A DNA stretch of 64,000 nucleotides from an uncultured delta proteobacterium (GTDB taxonomy: Bacteria > Myxococcota_A > Polyangia > Polyangiales > Polyangiaceae), in NCBI GenBank assembly GCA_963806225.1, contig CAWDXG010000004.1, forward strand, positions 2,720,001 to 2,784,000. Reading direction: 5' to 3'. Shown piece after piece: positions 1 to 9,848 of the stretch (the first letter of the stretch is position 1; the number at the start of each line of letters is the position of its first letter). The notes beneath the pieces were generated by a model, which was given only the letters and a program-made list of their open reading frames with translations, had not been told where the DNA came from and made no database searches. Position numbers and translations under genes: made by a program.

Positions 1-859
1 GCGCACGGCGCGCCTTGGCCACAGCGCGCTCGAGATCGACGCGCTCGCGGAAGAACGCCTTGTGGATGTACTCCTCCACCTTCTCGCGCAGCGGCTCGAA
101 CAGCACGAGGATCACGATGGCTGCCAGCACCGCGTTCAGGTACATCGTGTTGAAGCCGCCGATCACGACGACGAACACGTAGAAGATACCTGCGAGCGAG
201 AAGGCGAGCGCCGTCGAGACCAGCAGCTGGCCCAGGATGTCATACAGGTCGACCAGTCGATCCCGCGTCATCGACTCGGCCAGGATGAACAGGAACACGA
301 TGCTCAGCACGGCGCCGACCGGCGGCAGGGGCGCCCCGATGAACCACAGGAAGTCCGCCAGGCTGAACGCCGCTGCCAGCGCCCCGATCAGCACCAGGAA
401 GCGCACGCGGCGTTGGGTCGCCCGCGAGCGGCTGCGTTCGCCTCGCACAGCCAGCGACCACAGGCCCGCGGCCAGGAGCCCGAAGACGTAGAAGAAGACG
501 ATCCCCCGGACCAGCACGTGCATGTGCTGCGGCAGCATCACCAGCACCAGCACCGGCACCATCAACACGCCGGCCACGCGCAGCAGCACCGAGCGATGCC
601 CGGGCCGGGGGACGATGGCCTCGAAGAGATGCAGCGCGAACTGCGGCAGCAGCACGGCCAGCACGGCCGTGAAGTGCGCCCACACGTCGGCGCGCACGAA
701 GTGGTACAGCCACTGGGCGAGGTACCAGAGCCCGATATCCGCGGCGAACAGCGTCAGGAAGATCTGCGCGCGACGAGTCCTGCCGCGCAGAAGGATGGAC
801 ACCGCGATCGCTAGAGCGAGCGCGCCGCAGAACAACGATGTCCGCGTGCGCAGATCCAC
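1..859 (-). CDS. Multi-pass membrane protein, probably the N-terminal 7TM-type sensor region of a histidine kinase (partial, runs off the window start)
   Basis: Own translation from GTG at 859: MDLRTRTSLFCGALALAIAVSILL...ILVLFEPLREKVEEYIHKAFFRERVDLERA. About 9 hydrophobic segments ending in the 'F.PLR..v...i.k.FFR' juxtamembrane pattern of HisKA_7TM-type sensors. The kinase domain is outside the window. Confidence 0.6.
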   Translation of the reverse strand, partial: MDLRTRTSLFCGALALAIAVSILLRGRTRRAQIFLTLFAADIGLWYLAQWLYHFVRADVWAHFTAVLAVLLPQFALHLFEAIVPRPGHRSVLLRVAGVLMVPVLVLVMLPQHMHVLVRGIVFFYVFGLLAAGLWSLAVRGERSRSRATQRRVRFLVLIGALAAAFSLADFLWFIGAPLPPVGAVLSIVFLFILAESMTRDRLVDLYDILGQLLVSTALAFSLAGIFYVFVVVIGGFNTMYLNAVLAAIVILVLFEPLREKVEEYIHKAFFRERVDLERAVAKARRA

Positions 860-923
860 TCTGACGGAGCTTAGCGAGCGGGCGGGGGGCGATCAATGCG
901 CCGGACAGGCCGGCGCGGCGGGA

Positions 924-1304
924 TCAGCGGGCGCTCGGGCTCGTGGTTCCGCTCTGTGGCGAGGTGGTGCTGCTCGGATCGCTTCCGCTCTGGCTGCCAT
1001 CGCTATCGGAGGTGCCCGAGCTGGAATCGTCCGGACGCCACGGGTCGGGGGTGGGCTTCGCCGCGTTGACAAGGCCTCCGCGCCACGGATCGGGAGTCGG
1101 CTTGTCGGGATCGGAGACGGAAGTCATGGTGCTTCCCGCCGTCCTGGAACCCTCGCGTGCCGTATTGTCCGGGTTCTGGCCCAAGCTCTGGCTGGTGCCG
1201 TCGACCGGCTCGTCCTGGCCCTGTCCAGCCACCTGGAACGCGCAACCGACGGATACGAGCGAGACGATCGCGACCAGAGAGCCTAGCGAGGCTACGCGCT
1301 TCAT
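924..1304 (-). CDS. Small lipoprotein/secreted peptide with two KPTPDPWR motifs
   Basis: 126 aa; signal peptide with lipobox LVSVG-C21; low-complexity S/G/D/T body; ATGA overlap with the upstream activator stop. Confidence 0.75.
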   Translation of the reverse strand: MKRVASLGSLVAIVSLVSVGCAFQVAGQGQDEPVDGTSQSLGQNPDNTAREGSRTAGSTMTSVSDPDKPTPDPWRGGLVNAAKPTPDPWRPDDSSSGTSDSDGSQSGSDPSSTTSPQSGTTSPSAR

Positions 1305-4300
1305 GACGACTCCTCCTCCCCGCTCGACAAGAGTCCGTACTGCTTGACAAGCTGGCTCAATCGCGGACGTTTCATGCCGAGCACACCGGCCGCACGCGTG
1401 ATGTTCCCCCCCGTTTCGTTCAAGGCGCGAGTGATGCAGTCGCGCTCGATCTGACGCTTGAGCTCGCTCAAAGTCACCCCTGCTTCACGGATCTCGCGAT
1501 AGGCAGCGCCGGCCACCTCGGCTTCGGGCAGCGGCGTCGTGTCCTCCGGCAACGCCGTGCCCGGCGCGGGCGGAGGCAACGTACCCAGCTTTGAATCCAT
1601 GCGCGACGACACCGGCGCGGGCTCCTGGGCCAGGTTGCGCAGCGCTTCGACGTGTTCGGCCACGTCGTTCAGCTGGATCACCTCGCCGTCCGAGAACAGG
1701 GACGCGGCGCGCAGCGCATTTTCCAGCTCGCGGACGTTGCCCGGCCAGCGATGCCGGCCGAGCAGGTCGAGCGCCTCCGGGGCCAGGCTCTTCGGGGCCT
1801 CGCCGCGCTCGCGCGCGATGCGCCCGAGGATGTCCTCGCAGAGCAGCGGCAGGTCCGCAACGCGCTCCCTGAGCGGCGGCACGTCCAGCGTGAGGCCGCT
1901 CAGGCGGTAGTAGAGGTCCTCGCGGAACTCGCCATGCTCGACCAACTCGCGCAGATCGCGGTTCGTCGCACAGACGATGCGCACATCGACGTGGATCGTC
2001 TGGCTGCCGCCCACGCGCTCGATGGTGCGCTCCTCCAGAACGCGCAGGAGCGCCACCTGCGTGCGCGGCGAGATGTCACCGATCTCGTCGAGGAACAGCG
2101 TGCCGCCGTCGGCCCGCTCGAAGCGCCCGCGCTTGCGCGCGCCGGCCCCCGTGAACGCGCCCTTCTCGTGGCCGAACAACTCGCTGAGCAGCAGCGACTC
2201 GACGAGGGCAGCGCAGTTTACCTTCACCAGCGGTCCGGACGCGCGCTCGCTGGCAGCGTGGATGCCCTCCGCGATGAGCTCCTTGCCCGTGCCGCTCTCG
2301 CCGTGGACGAGCACCGTGGCGCCTGTGCGCCCGACGCGCTCTACCGAAGCCAGAAGAGCGCGCACCGCGGGATGCCGCCCCACGAAGCGCGGCTCTGCGC
2401 TGCTCTTCGTCCGCGGACGGGCGGCCGTCTGCGACCTCGGCACCAGGCCTTCATCCACGGAATCCTCGCGCGTAACCAGCCGCTCGAGCCGGGCGAGCCG
2501 CGCCAGGTCGCGGCGCAGCAGATACGCCTCGCGCAGCTCGGGACCGAGCGTGTGGCAGACTTCCTCGCGCAACGCCACGGCTGCGACGACGTGGCTTGCC
2601 GCCGCTTCGTCGTCCCCCTCGGTCAGCAGCGCCTCGGCCGCGAGCACGTGGGCCTCACGCGCAAGCTCCTCGTCGCCCGTCTCGCGCGCAGCGAGGACTG
2701 CGGCCTCGGCGAGCTCGCCGCTGGGGCGCCCCGCGGCCTGGGCCACCAGCGCGCGCAGCACGGCCACCTCGGCAGCGGCGTAGGGCACAGCGGCGAGCTC
2801 TGCGGCGCGCTCGACCTCGGCCTCGGCACGCGCCACGACGCCGTCCTCCAGCGCGACGCGCGCGGCAAGGCGGTGGCACTCGCCGAGCTTGTCACCGTGG
2901 CTCGCCTGGGCGGCCGTCCGCATGGCGGAGCGCAGCTCCCGCTCGGCGTCGAGCGTACGCCCTCGCGCCAGGTGCGCCCGCGCCTGGGCCAGCGCGACCT
3001 CCGCCAGGCGCGAAGCCGGCGCCCCCGGTCCGAGCGCCTGGCGTCCGAAGCGCAGCGCCTGCAGGGCCTCCTCGACGAGACCCAGACGAAGCCTGAGCTC
3101 GACCAGGTTGGTCACGTCACGGGCGAAACCGAGCCGGTCACCCATGCGCCGGCGCACGACGATGGCGCGTTCGGAAAGCTCGAGTGCGCGGCCGTAGTCG
3201 TGCCGCTCGATGGCGAGCACCGCGAGGTTGCTGATGGCGAAACCGACCGCGCGCATCTCGCCGCGGCGCTCGGCGTCTTCCAGCACCTCGGTGAGCATCG
3301 GGCGGGCCTCATCCGGGCTGCCGCGCGACAGGAGCGCGATCGCCCGGTTCACGCGGGCGCGCAGCTCGAAGAGGTGCTCGTCGGCGAACGCCGCCTCGCA
3401 CGCATCCGCTGCGAAGTGCGAATCCGCCGCATCCCACTCGGAGCGGGCCAAGAGCAGCTTGCCCAACAGGTTGCGTGCGCCGAGACGGGCGTGGGGAAAT
3501 TCCGTGCGCTCGACCACGTCGCGCGCCAGCTGCTCGGCGCGCTCCAGCTCACCGGCGGCGTAGGCGACCTCGCCGAGCTCGATGATCGCCTCGAAACGCG
3601 CGCCGTCTTCGGACGCCTGGTCCCTGGCCCGCACCAACGCCGCCTCGGCCGAAACCAGATCACCGCGCGCAAGCGAGGCGCGGCCGAGCACGAAGGCAGC
3701 TCGCCCCGTGCGCTCGCCGGCCGTCGCGCGCTCGGCCCACTCCAGCGCGACATCAACGTCGCCGAGGGACAGAGCCAGCTCCGCGCCGCGGATGCGCGCG
3801 CCGGTGCGCTCGTCGGCGGGCAGCTCCTCCACCAGATCCGCCCAGCGCCGCCACAGCCCGGTGCGGCTGGACGCATCCGCAGCGAGCCGGAACGACTGCT
3901 GCATGGCACGCTCGGCGGCGGGTTGGTCCCCCGCGCCGGCGAGCAGCTCCGCAGCCCGCGCGAATGCCCAGGGATCGTCCGGGAAGACCTGGGCAAGCGC
4001 GTCGGCGATGAGGCAGGACGACGCCGAGGCGGGCCTGTCCGGGTTGGTCTCCGTGGCCCGCGCCACGACGAAACCGTCCCGCACTTCCACCAGGTCCGCG
4101 GCCTTCAGCGCGGCGAGGCCGGAGTCGTGGCCGAGGGAAGCCAGCGCACGAACCGGCCAGGCACGCCGCGCCAGACGCAGCCGCTCGAGCAGCTCGCTCG
4201 ACTCGGCAGCCAGGGCGACCGAGCCGCGATCCGCGGGCACCGCCACGCGCGCTGCGTGGACCCACTCCTCGAGCGCCACCAGATCGTCGTCGCGCTCCAA

Positions 4301-4852
4301 CCGCTGGGCGAGCGAGACCGCGTCCCACCAACGCGACAGACCCGCCTCGTCGAGCTTGGCATCGACCTCGAACCAGCTGGCGCCGAGTGCCGTGAGCGGC
4401 ACCTGGTGCGGCACCACAAGGACGAACAACGCCTCGGTCGCGGACGGCGCCATCGCCTCGCACACGGCCTCGTCCCACGAACAAGCGCCGAGCACCGGGA
4501 TGATCACCACGGCGCGGCGCGCCGATGCGCGCGAGATGATGACCCGCGCGGCCTCTACCGGATCGTGGGGAACGCCCTCGATGCCGAGGCGAACCGCGGC
4601 GTCGCGGAACCCGCTCTCGACGTTGGCATGCGCCGCGCGCACGACCGCGCGCTGGATTGCGCGCGCGCGTCGCTCGACGTGACCCGCCACGGCGAACGCT
4701 TCGTCGGCGTGTGGAACCCGGACCGCGATCAGGCCGGTCGTCTCGGCGAGACGCACGACGTCGTCGAGGACATCGAACGAAGGACGCAGAGAGCCTGCGT
4801 CGGCGACGGCTGCACCCGCAGCGGCGCCGTGCTGGAAGCTCGCGGACGACAA
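1301..4852 (-). CDS. Sigma-54-dependent enhancer-binding protein with long N-terminal TPR region and Fis-type HTH
   Basis: GESGTGKE Walker [28 protein letters not shown] and C-terminal [14 protein letters not shown]; ~800 aa Ala/Leu-rich helical repeats upstream. Confidence 0.92.
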   Translation of the reverse strand: MSSASFQHGAAAGAAVADAGSLRPSFDVLDDVVRLAETTGLIAVRVPHADEAFAVAGHVERRARAIQRAVVRAAHANVESGFRDAAVRLGIEGVPHDPVEAARVIISRASARRAVVIIPVLGACSWDEAVCEAMAPSATEALFVLVVPHQVPLTALGASWFEVDAKLDEAGLSRWWDAVSLAQRLERDDDLVALEEWVHAARVAVPADRGSVALAAESSELLERLRLARRAWPVRALASLGHDSGLAALKAADLVEVRDGFVVARATETNPDRPASASSCLIADALAQVFPDDPWAFARAAELLAGAGDQPAAERAMQQSFRLAADASSRTGLWRRWADLVEELPADERTGARIRGAELALSLGDVDVALEWAERATAGERTGRAAFVLGRASLARGDLVSAEAALVRARDQASEDGARFEAIIELGEVAYAAGELERAEQLARDVVERTEFPHARLGARNLLGKLLLARSEWDAADSHFAADACEAAFADEHLFELRARVNRAIALLSRGSPDEARPMLTEVLEDAERRGEMRAVGFAISNLAVLAIERHDYGRALELSERAIVVRRRMGDRLGFARDVTNLVELRLRLGLVEEALQALRFGRQALGPGAPASRLAEVALAQARAHLARGRTLDAERELRSAMRTAAQASHGDKLGECHRLAARVALEDGVVARAEAEVERAAELAAVPYAAAEVAVLRALVAQAAGRPSGELAEAAVLAARETGDEELAREAHVLAAEALLTEGDDEAAASHVVAAVALREEVCHTLGPELREAYLLRRDLARLARLERLVTREDSVDEGLVPRSQTAARPRTKSSAEPRFVGRHPAVRALLASVERVGRTGATVLVHGESGTGKELIAEGIHAASERASGPLVKVNCAALVESLLLSELFGHEKGAFTGAGARKRGRFERADGGTLFLDEIGDISPRTQVALLRVLEERTIERVGGSQTIHVDVRIVCATNRDLRELVEHGEFREDLYYRLSGLTLDVPPLRERVADLPLLCEDILGRIARERGEAPKSLAPEALDLLGRHRWPGNVRELENALRAASLFSDGEVIQLNDVAEHVEALRNLAQEPAPVSSRMDSKLGTLPPPAPGTALPEDTTPLPEAEVAGAAYREIREAGVTLSELKRQIERDCITRALNETGGNITRAAGVLGMKRPRLSQLVKQYGLLSSGEEESS

Positions 4853-4988
4853 GACCGATGGAACCTAGACCCTCGCGGGTGACCGCGCAACGCGCGAATC
4901 CAGCTGGATTGTCGCCCGGATCGAACTTTCCACGGGCGCTGCAGCAGGACGCCCGGGACGCGGACATCCGTCGCATTGACGCGGCGCG

Positions 4989-5807
4989 TCAATGCCGGGC
5001 GTATCGCCGCAGCACCTGTGCCACGGCCTCGAAAGCTTCCGGCTCGGCGTCGCCCAGCGCGCGGGCGAGCGGCAGCTGCGCCGCGGCGCTGGCGAGGTAC
5101 AGACCCGTCAGATCGGGCGCCACGGCGGCGATGCGCTCGAGGTGTCGCCCGAGAGCGTCGGCGTCACCGCGACGCACGGGCCCGGTAAGCGCCTCGGGCA
5201 GCCCCAGCTTCTCGATGTTCAGAGCCACGCTGCGCAGCAGCGGTCCCAGCACGCGCGGCACGTCGCGCGCGGGCACTCCCGCCTGTTCCAGGAGCCGCGC
5301 CCCGCCCGCGGCCAACGCGGTGGCTCCATTGGCCACGAGCCCACCGGCGGCGTGATAGCCCGCGCGATCGACGCTGTCCCACTGCCGCGGAACCATACCG
5401 AGCGCTCGCGCCAGCGTGCGCGCTCGGCGCACCGCCACCGGGTCGCCGGAAACGAGCATGTGCCCGCCGGCGAGCGGCGGCAGCACGCGGCTCGAAGCGA
5501 ACGAGATCATCGGGTGTGCCTGTCCGACCCCGGCCGCCCGCACGCGGAGCGGCGCGAGCACCTCCGGACCGAGGGCGCCGGCGACGTGCACGACCGCGCT
5601 CCGCCGCGACAGGGCCTCGCTGTCGGCCAGCGCGGCGACCAGCGGCGCGATCGCCCCGTCGCGCACGGCCACGACCACCAGCGCCGCGTCCAGTCTGCGG
5701 GGTGTGCCTCGCCGGAGGGCGCGCAGCGACACCTGGTGCGGGCCGCCGCGTAGCGCGCGGGACAGCGCCTTGCCCACCTTGCCGGCCCCGATGATCGCGA
5801 TCTTCAT
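4989..5807 (-). CDS. Rossmann-like/DUF2520 oxidoreductase (PanG-like ketopantoate reductase)
   Basis: IIGAGKVG; HPMISF; YHAA; ALTGPVRRGD. Confidence 0.8.
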   Translation of the reverse strand: MKIAIIGAGKVGKALSRALRGGPHQVSLRALRRGTPRRLDAALVVVAVRDGAIAPLVAALADSEALSRRSAVVHVAGALGPEVLAPLRVRAAGVGQAHPMISFASSRVLPPLAGGHMLVSGDPVAVRRARTLARALGMVPRQWDSVDRAGYHAAGGLVANGATALAAGGARLLEQAGVPARDVPRVLGPLLRSVALNIEKLGLPEALTGPVRRGDADALGRHLERIAAVAPDLTGLYLASAAAQLPLARALGDAEPEAFEAVAQVLRRYARH

Positions 5808-6379
5808 GCGCTGCCTTCCCCACGGTACAGACCGTGCTCATCGATGTAGGCGAGCACGTCCCACGGTACCGAACGCGACAGCTCGGCGTCGGCTTCCGGC
5901 GAGCCGCGCCGCGACAGCAGCGCCCGGATGCGCGTGGACGACACGTCGGGCACGACGGGCGGCGGTGCGTCCGGGTGCCGGACGCCGACGCGCCCCAGAA
6001 CGTAGGGCGGAGCGATCTCGCCGACGCGATCGAAAGCGTACCACTTGTCCGCTTCGCCGAGCACGTCGGCGCCCACCATCAGCCGGAGCTGGTAGTCGGG
6101 ATGGGCGGCGCGGAGGTGCTCGAGCGTGCGCAGCGTCAGGCTCGGCGTCTCGAGTGACGCCTCTACCCGGGACACCTCCACGCCGGGGAGCCAACCCATC
6201 GCCAGACCACACATGCAAACCCGGTGTTCGAACGGACACAGCTGCTTGTCGAAAGCGTGGCTGTAGACCGGCACGACCAGGACGCGCTCGAAACCGCCCA
6301 CCGACAGCGCGTAGGTCACTGCCAGCACGTGCGCGACATGCGGCGGATTGAAGCTGCCTCCGTAGAACGCAACCCGCAT
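5804..6379 (-). CDS. nadD: Nicotinate-nucleotide adenylyltransferase
   Basis: YGGSFNPPHVAH, LMVGAD, VSSTRIR. Confidence 0.9.
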   Translation of the reverse strand: MRVAFYGGSFNPPHVAHVLAVTYALSVGGFERVLVVPVYSHAFDKQLCPFEHRVCMCGLAMGWLPGVEVSRVEASLETPSLTLRTLEHLRAAHPDYQLRLMVGADVLGEADKWYAFDRVGEIAPPYVLGRVGVRHPDAPPPVVPDVSSTRIRALLSRRGSPEADAELSRSVPWDVLAYIDEHGLYRGEGSA

Positions 6380-6386
6380 GCCGAGC

Positions 6387-7001
6387 TCAACCCGAAGCGC
6401 CGCTCACCTTCAGCTTGGCCGTACGCGCCGCGATGAGTCGCTCGCGACGCACTTCGCGCCCCGCGCTGTCGAACAGTGCGAGGTGGATCCCGTCTTCATG
6501 ATCCTCCAGCGTCATGACCCCGAAGTGCTCCAGCAGACCCGGCGACAGGAACCAGCGGCTGCCGACCTGCTTGACGAGCGGCTGGCTGCTCTTGCCGAAC
6601 ACCAGGAGCGAGGCGGGCAGGATGTCCTCCTCGTCGAGATCCGCCTTGTCGTGGATCATCACGACCACCCGTCCGTTGAGCAGCTCGATAGCCCGGGTTC
6701 CGTCGCCGGGCAGCGACTCGAACACGGAGAGCGCCCGCCGTTCGCGCTCGGCTGTGACGAAAGCGTCGATCTCGGCGGCGCTTGCGTGGGCGCAGCGTTC
6801 CGCGGCGCGCTGCCAGAGCGCCTCCTCGGCGGGATCGCCGCCCACCAACCGGGCAGCCCAGCTCTGCACGACGGTGTCGAGGGCATGGTCGACGCCCAGG
6901 TAGACGGCGCGATCGACCGACACGTCGCGGAACAGGAACCCGACGGCACGCTCCAGCGCCTCTTCGTGGTCGTCCGCCGGGCCCAGGAGTCCGAGCCGCA
7001 C
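6387..7001 (-). CDS. Hypothetical protein with degenerate metallophosphoesterase-like fold
   Basis: MRLGLLG...EALERA...VDRAVYLG, VMIHD, LVFG, FLSPG follow the motif spacing of YfcE-type phosphoesterases, but most metal ligands are missing. Confidence 0.5.
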   Translation of the reverse strand: MRLGLLGPADDHEEALERAVGFLFRDVSVDRAVYLGVDHALDTVVQSWAARLVGGDPAEEALWQRAAERCAHASAAEIDAFVTAERERRALSVFESLPGDGTRAIELLNGRVVVMIHDKADLDEEDILPASLLVFGKSSQPLVKQVGSRWFLSPGLLEHFGVMTLEDHEDGIHLALFDSAGREVRRERLIAARTAKLKVSGASG

Positions 7002-7091
7002 GAGCTACCGCCGCTCCTTGTCGCGACACGTCGACACGAGCGAACGCTAGCATGTTGGCTGGGTCCGGGGTTATGTCTGGCGCCAGAACGA

Positions 7092-8363
7092 ATGGCGCGA
7101 CGCCTCGCACAGCCCTCCCACCCCGTGGAGATCCTGCACGACGGGGAGAAGGTCGTCGCCGAACGCGGCGAACCGCTCGCCCATGCCCTGATCGCCGCCG
7201 ACCGGGTGCTGCTCGCCCGCAGCGGCAAGATGCACCGACCGCGCGGCCCCTATTGCCTCCGGGGCGCCTGCGACGGCTGTCTGGCGCGGGTCGACGGCGA
7301 GCCCAACGTGATGACCTGCCGGCGGCCGGCACGCGGCGGCGAGCGCATCGAGACGCAGAACGTCCTGGGCAGCCGCGGCGTGGACATGCTGCGGGCCACC
7401 GACTTCCTGTTCCCGCGCGGCATGGATCACCACCGGCTGTTCGCCGGAGTGCGCGGGCTGTCCGCGGTCGTGCAGCAGTTCGCGCGGCGCGTGGCCGGCC
7501 TCGGCAGGATGCCGGAGCGGGCAGCCCCGGCACGCGAGGCGCGGCGCGTGGAGCTGCCGGTGCTGATCGTGGGCGGAGGCGCCGCTGGTCTCGCCGCAGC
7601 CGCCGTGGTCGGCGAACGCGCGCTGCTCGTGGACGACGGGCTCTCCCCCGGCGGCTCGCTCGGGACGCTCGACCCGGAGCGCGCCGCCGCGCTCGTCGCC
7701 CGCGCTACCGCGGCGGGCGCACGCATCCGGCCCCGCACCACGGCGCTGGCCCTGTATCGCGAGCCCGAGGACGAACGGGGGCGGATCCATGCGCTCTCGA
7801 GCGGTCCGGAAGGCGTCGAGCTGGCGCTGGTCGACGCACTCTGTCTCGCGCCGGGCTGCCATGCTCCCTCCCTGCCGTTCGACAACAACGACCTGCCGGG
7901 CGTGATTTCGGCACGCGCCGCGCTCTCCTTGTGGCGCGCCGGCATCGCCATCGGCGACCGCGTCGTGATCGTCGGGCAGGGGCGCTTCGCCGACGCGTTC
8001 GAAGCCGCGGCGGCGGGTTCGCTATCGGTGAAGCGGGTCGCGCTGGAGCAGGTTCTGCACGCATCGGGGCGCTCGCGCCTCGGCGGAGTGGTCGTCCGGG
8101 ACGGCGGCGGCGAGCGCCGCCTGAAGGCGGACGCGCTGATCGTCGACGGACCGGGCGCGCCGTCGTTCGAGCTCGCCGAACAGTCGGGCGCGCGGCTGCG
8201 TTTCGACCCCGCGCGAGGCTACGTGCCGGAGCACGACGGCTCCGGAGAGGTGTCGCCGGACGTGTGGTGTGCGGGCAGCGTGGCCGGCGCCGAGGACAGC
8301 GAACGCGACGGCGCCCGCATCGGCCAGGCGATGCTTCGGCGAGCGACAAGCCGGTCCCGCTAG
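7092..8363 (+). CDS. 2Fe-2S (Fer2_4) plus FAD-dependent oxidoreductase, sarcosine oxidase alpha-like
   Basis: RPRGPYCLRGACDGCLARVDGEPNVMTC; IVGGGAAGLAAA; FDNNDLPGV. Start re-called at ATG 7092. Confidence 0.8.
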   Translation: MARRLAQPSHPVEILHDGEKVVAERGEPLAHALIAADRVLLARSGKMHRPRGPYCLRGACDGCLARVDGEPNVMTCRRPARGGERIETQNVLGSRGVDMLRATDFLFPRGMDHHRLFAGVRGLSAVVQQFARRVAGLGRMPERAAPAREARRVELPVLIVGGGAAGLAAAAVVGERALLVDDGLSPGGSLGTLDPERAAALVARATAAGARIRPRTTALALYREPEDERGRIHALSSGPEGVELALVDALCLAPGCHAPSLPFDNNDLPGVISARAALSLWRAGIAIGDRVVIVGQGRFADAFEAAAAGSLSVKRVALEQVLHASGRSRLGGVVVRDGGGERRLKADALIVDGPGAPSFELAEQSGARLRFDPARGYVPEHDGSGEVSPDVWCAGSVAGAEDSERDGARIGQAMLRRATSRSR

Positions 8364-9118
8364 TTCTCCATCAGCGTCCCGAACAGCGCCAGACCGCCGA
8401 CGACGAACGTCACGTCGAACACCCCCATCAGCTTGAAGTAGTCGCCCAGCTCGGCCACCGGCACGCCGTTGAGCAGCTCGCGTGTGGCCGCCACGGCGCA
8501 CAGCAGCGTGGGCGACAGCAGGGGAAAGAGCACGATGGCGAGGATCAGATCGCGAGCGCGGGTGCGCACCGTCATCGATCCGAACAGCGTGCCGGACGCC
8601 GCGATACCGGGCGTGGCGCACAGCGCGATCAGCACCAACCCGACACCGACCTGGCCCAGATCCAGCGCGAACAGGAGCGCCGCGGCCGGCATCACCACCA
8701 ACTCCACGACCACCAGGAAAGCCAGCACGCCGATGCTCTTGCCCGCGAAGATGGCGCTGCGCGCCGCCGGCGCCACCAAGAGCCCGTCGAGCGCCCCCTC
8801 GTCGCGCTCGCGCTGCCAGGTGCGCCCGAGAGCCAGCACGGCTGCAAAGGCGATGGAGATCCAGATCACTCCGGATGCGATGAGCCGGCGCGTGGTCGGC
8901 CCGCCGTAGAAGGCCAACGAAGCCATGATCACGACCAGCAGCGCGAAGAACCCGCTGGTGGTCACCACCTCGCCGGTCCGGAGCTCGATGGCCACGTCCT
9001 TCTTGAGCACGAGCATCGCCTGGCTGACCCAGCTCGGCAGACGCGCCACCACCCGCTCGCGCGGAGCGGACGGCTCCCGGTAGCGGTCTTCCGGCGCATC
9101 GGTCTGGGCGGGCATCAT
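8360..9118 (-). CDS. ccmB: Heme exporter protein CcmB
   Basis: KKDVAIELR, ERDEGALDGLL, IFAGK, LFPLLSP; six TM segments. Confidence 0.85.
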   Translation of the reverse strand: MMPAQTDAPEDRYREPSAPRERVVARLPSWVSQAMLVLKKDVAIELRTGEVVTTSGFFALLVVIMASLAFYGGPTTRRLIASGVIWISIAFAAVLALGRTWQRERDEGALDGLLVAPAARSAIFAGKSIGVLAFLVVVELVVMPAAALLFALDLGQVGVGLVLIALCATPGIAASGTLFGSMTVRTRARDLILAIVLFPLLSPTLLCAVAATRELLNGVPVAELGDYFKLMGVFDVTFVVGGLALFGTLMEN

Positions 9119-9215
9119 CGGGGCGGCAGTCTAGGCCAATGAAATGAAAACGGTAACCCGGCGTGGCAAGGGACCACTTTACGCGAAGCGAAAGGGACCC
9201 ATGTTAGGGTCCGCC

Positions 9216-9734
9216 ATGGCCGAAACCCACATCGAGCACGTCTTCAACTGCACCGAGGATACCTTCTGGGAGAAGGTCTTCTGGGACGACGAGTACAACG
9301 ACCGGATGTTCAGCGAGGCGCTGAAGTTCCCCGTCCACGACCGCGTGCGCCAGGACGACAAGGGCGACACCATCGAGCGGGTGATCGACGTGGTACCGAA
9401 GCTCGGCGACATGCCGGCGGCGCTGAAGAAGGTGATCGGAGAGGGCGTCGGCTACCGGGAGGACGGCGTCTTCGACAAGAAGACCCGTCACTTCAAGGTC
9501 AAGATCACGCCCAACAAGCTGACCGACAAGCTGACCATCACCGGCGAATTCTTCACCGAGCCCGCCGGCGAGGGGAAGTGCAAGCGAGTCTTCAACTGCA
9601 CGGCGGTCGCGAAGATCTTCGGCGTCGGCGGGATGCTGGAAAAGCGCATCATGGCCGACATGGAGCAGAGTTACGCCACCGCCGCGAAGTTCACGAACGA
9701 GTGGCTGAAGGAGAAGGGGCTCGAAGGCAAATAG
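9216..9734 (+). CDS. DUF2505-like (START/SRPBCC-fold) protein
   Basis: C-terminal KIFGVGGMLEKRI motif; ~170 aa. Confidence 0.6.
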   Translation: MAETHIEHVFNCTEDTFWEKVFWDDEYNDRMFSEALKFPVHDRVRQDDKGDTIERVIDVVPKLGDMPAALKKVIGEGVGYREDGVFDKKTRHFKVKITPNKLTDKLTITGEFFTEPAGEGKCKRVFNCTAVAKIFGVGGMLEKRIMADMEQSYATAAKFTNEWLKEKGLEGK

Positions 9735-9747
9735 GCCCCTGACGAGG

Positions 9748-9848
9748 GCGCAGCGAAGCGAGCCCGCGCCGAGCGCAGCGAATCGCGTCAGGGGGGCGCG
9801 GGGGCAAAGCCTCCCGCGAGGACTACGGCGGGGGTAGGCGTAGGGGTG
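9748..9848. repeat. Diverged single copy of the ~110-bp REP-like element, forming the 3' exon of the intron
   Basis: gcgcagcgaagcgagcccgcgccgagcgcagcga...gaggactacggcgggggt aligns with 11505-11600 and 11765-11860. Confidence 0.75.

Noticed and set aside
1652..4882. Long antisense/alternate-frame ORFs (e.g. 1652-4882 +, 18098-19990 -, 34650-36164 +, 41332-43374 -)
   Set aside because: Shadow ORFs expected in high-GC DNA opposite genes with clear motifs; they have no recognisable domains.
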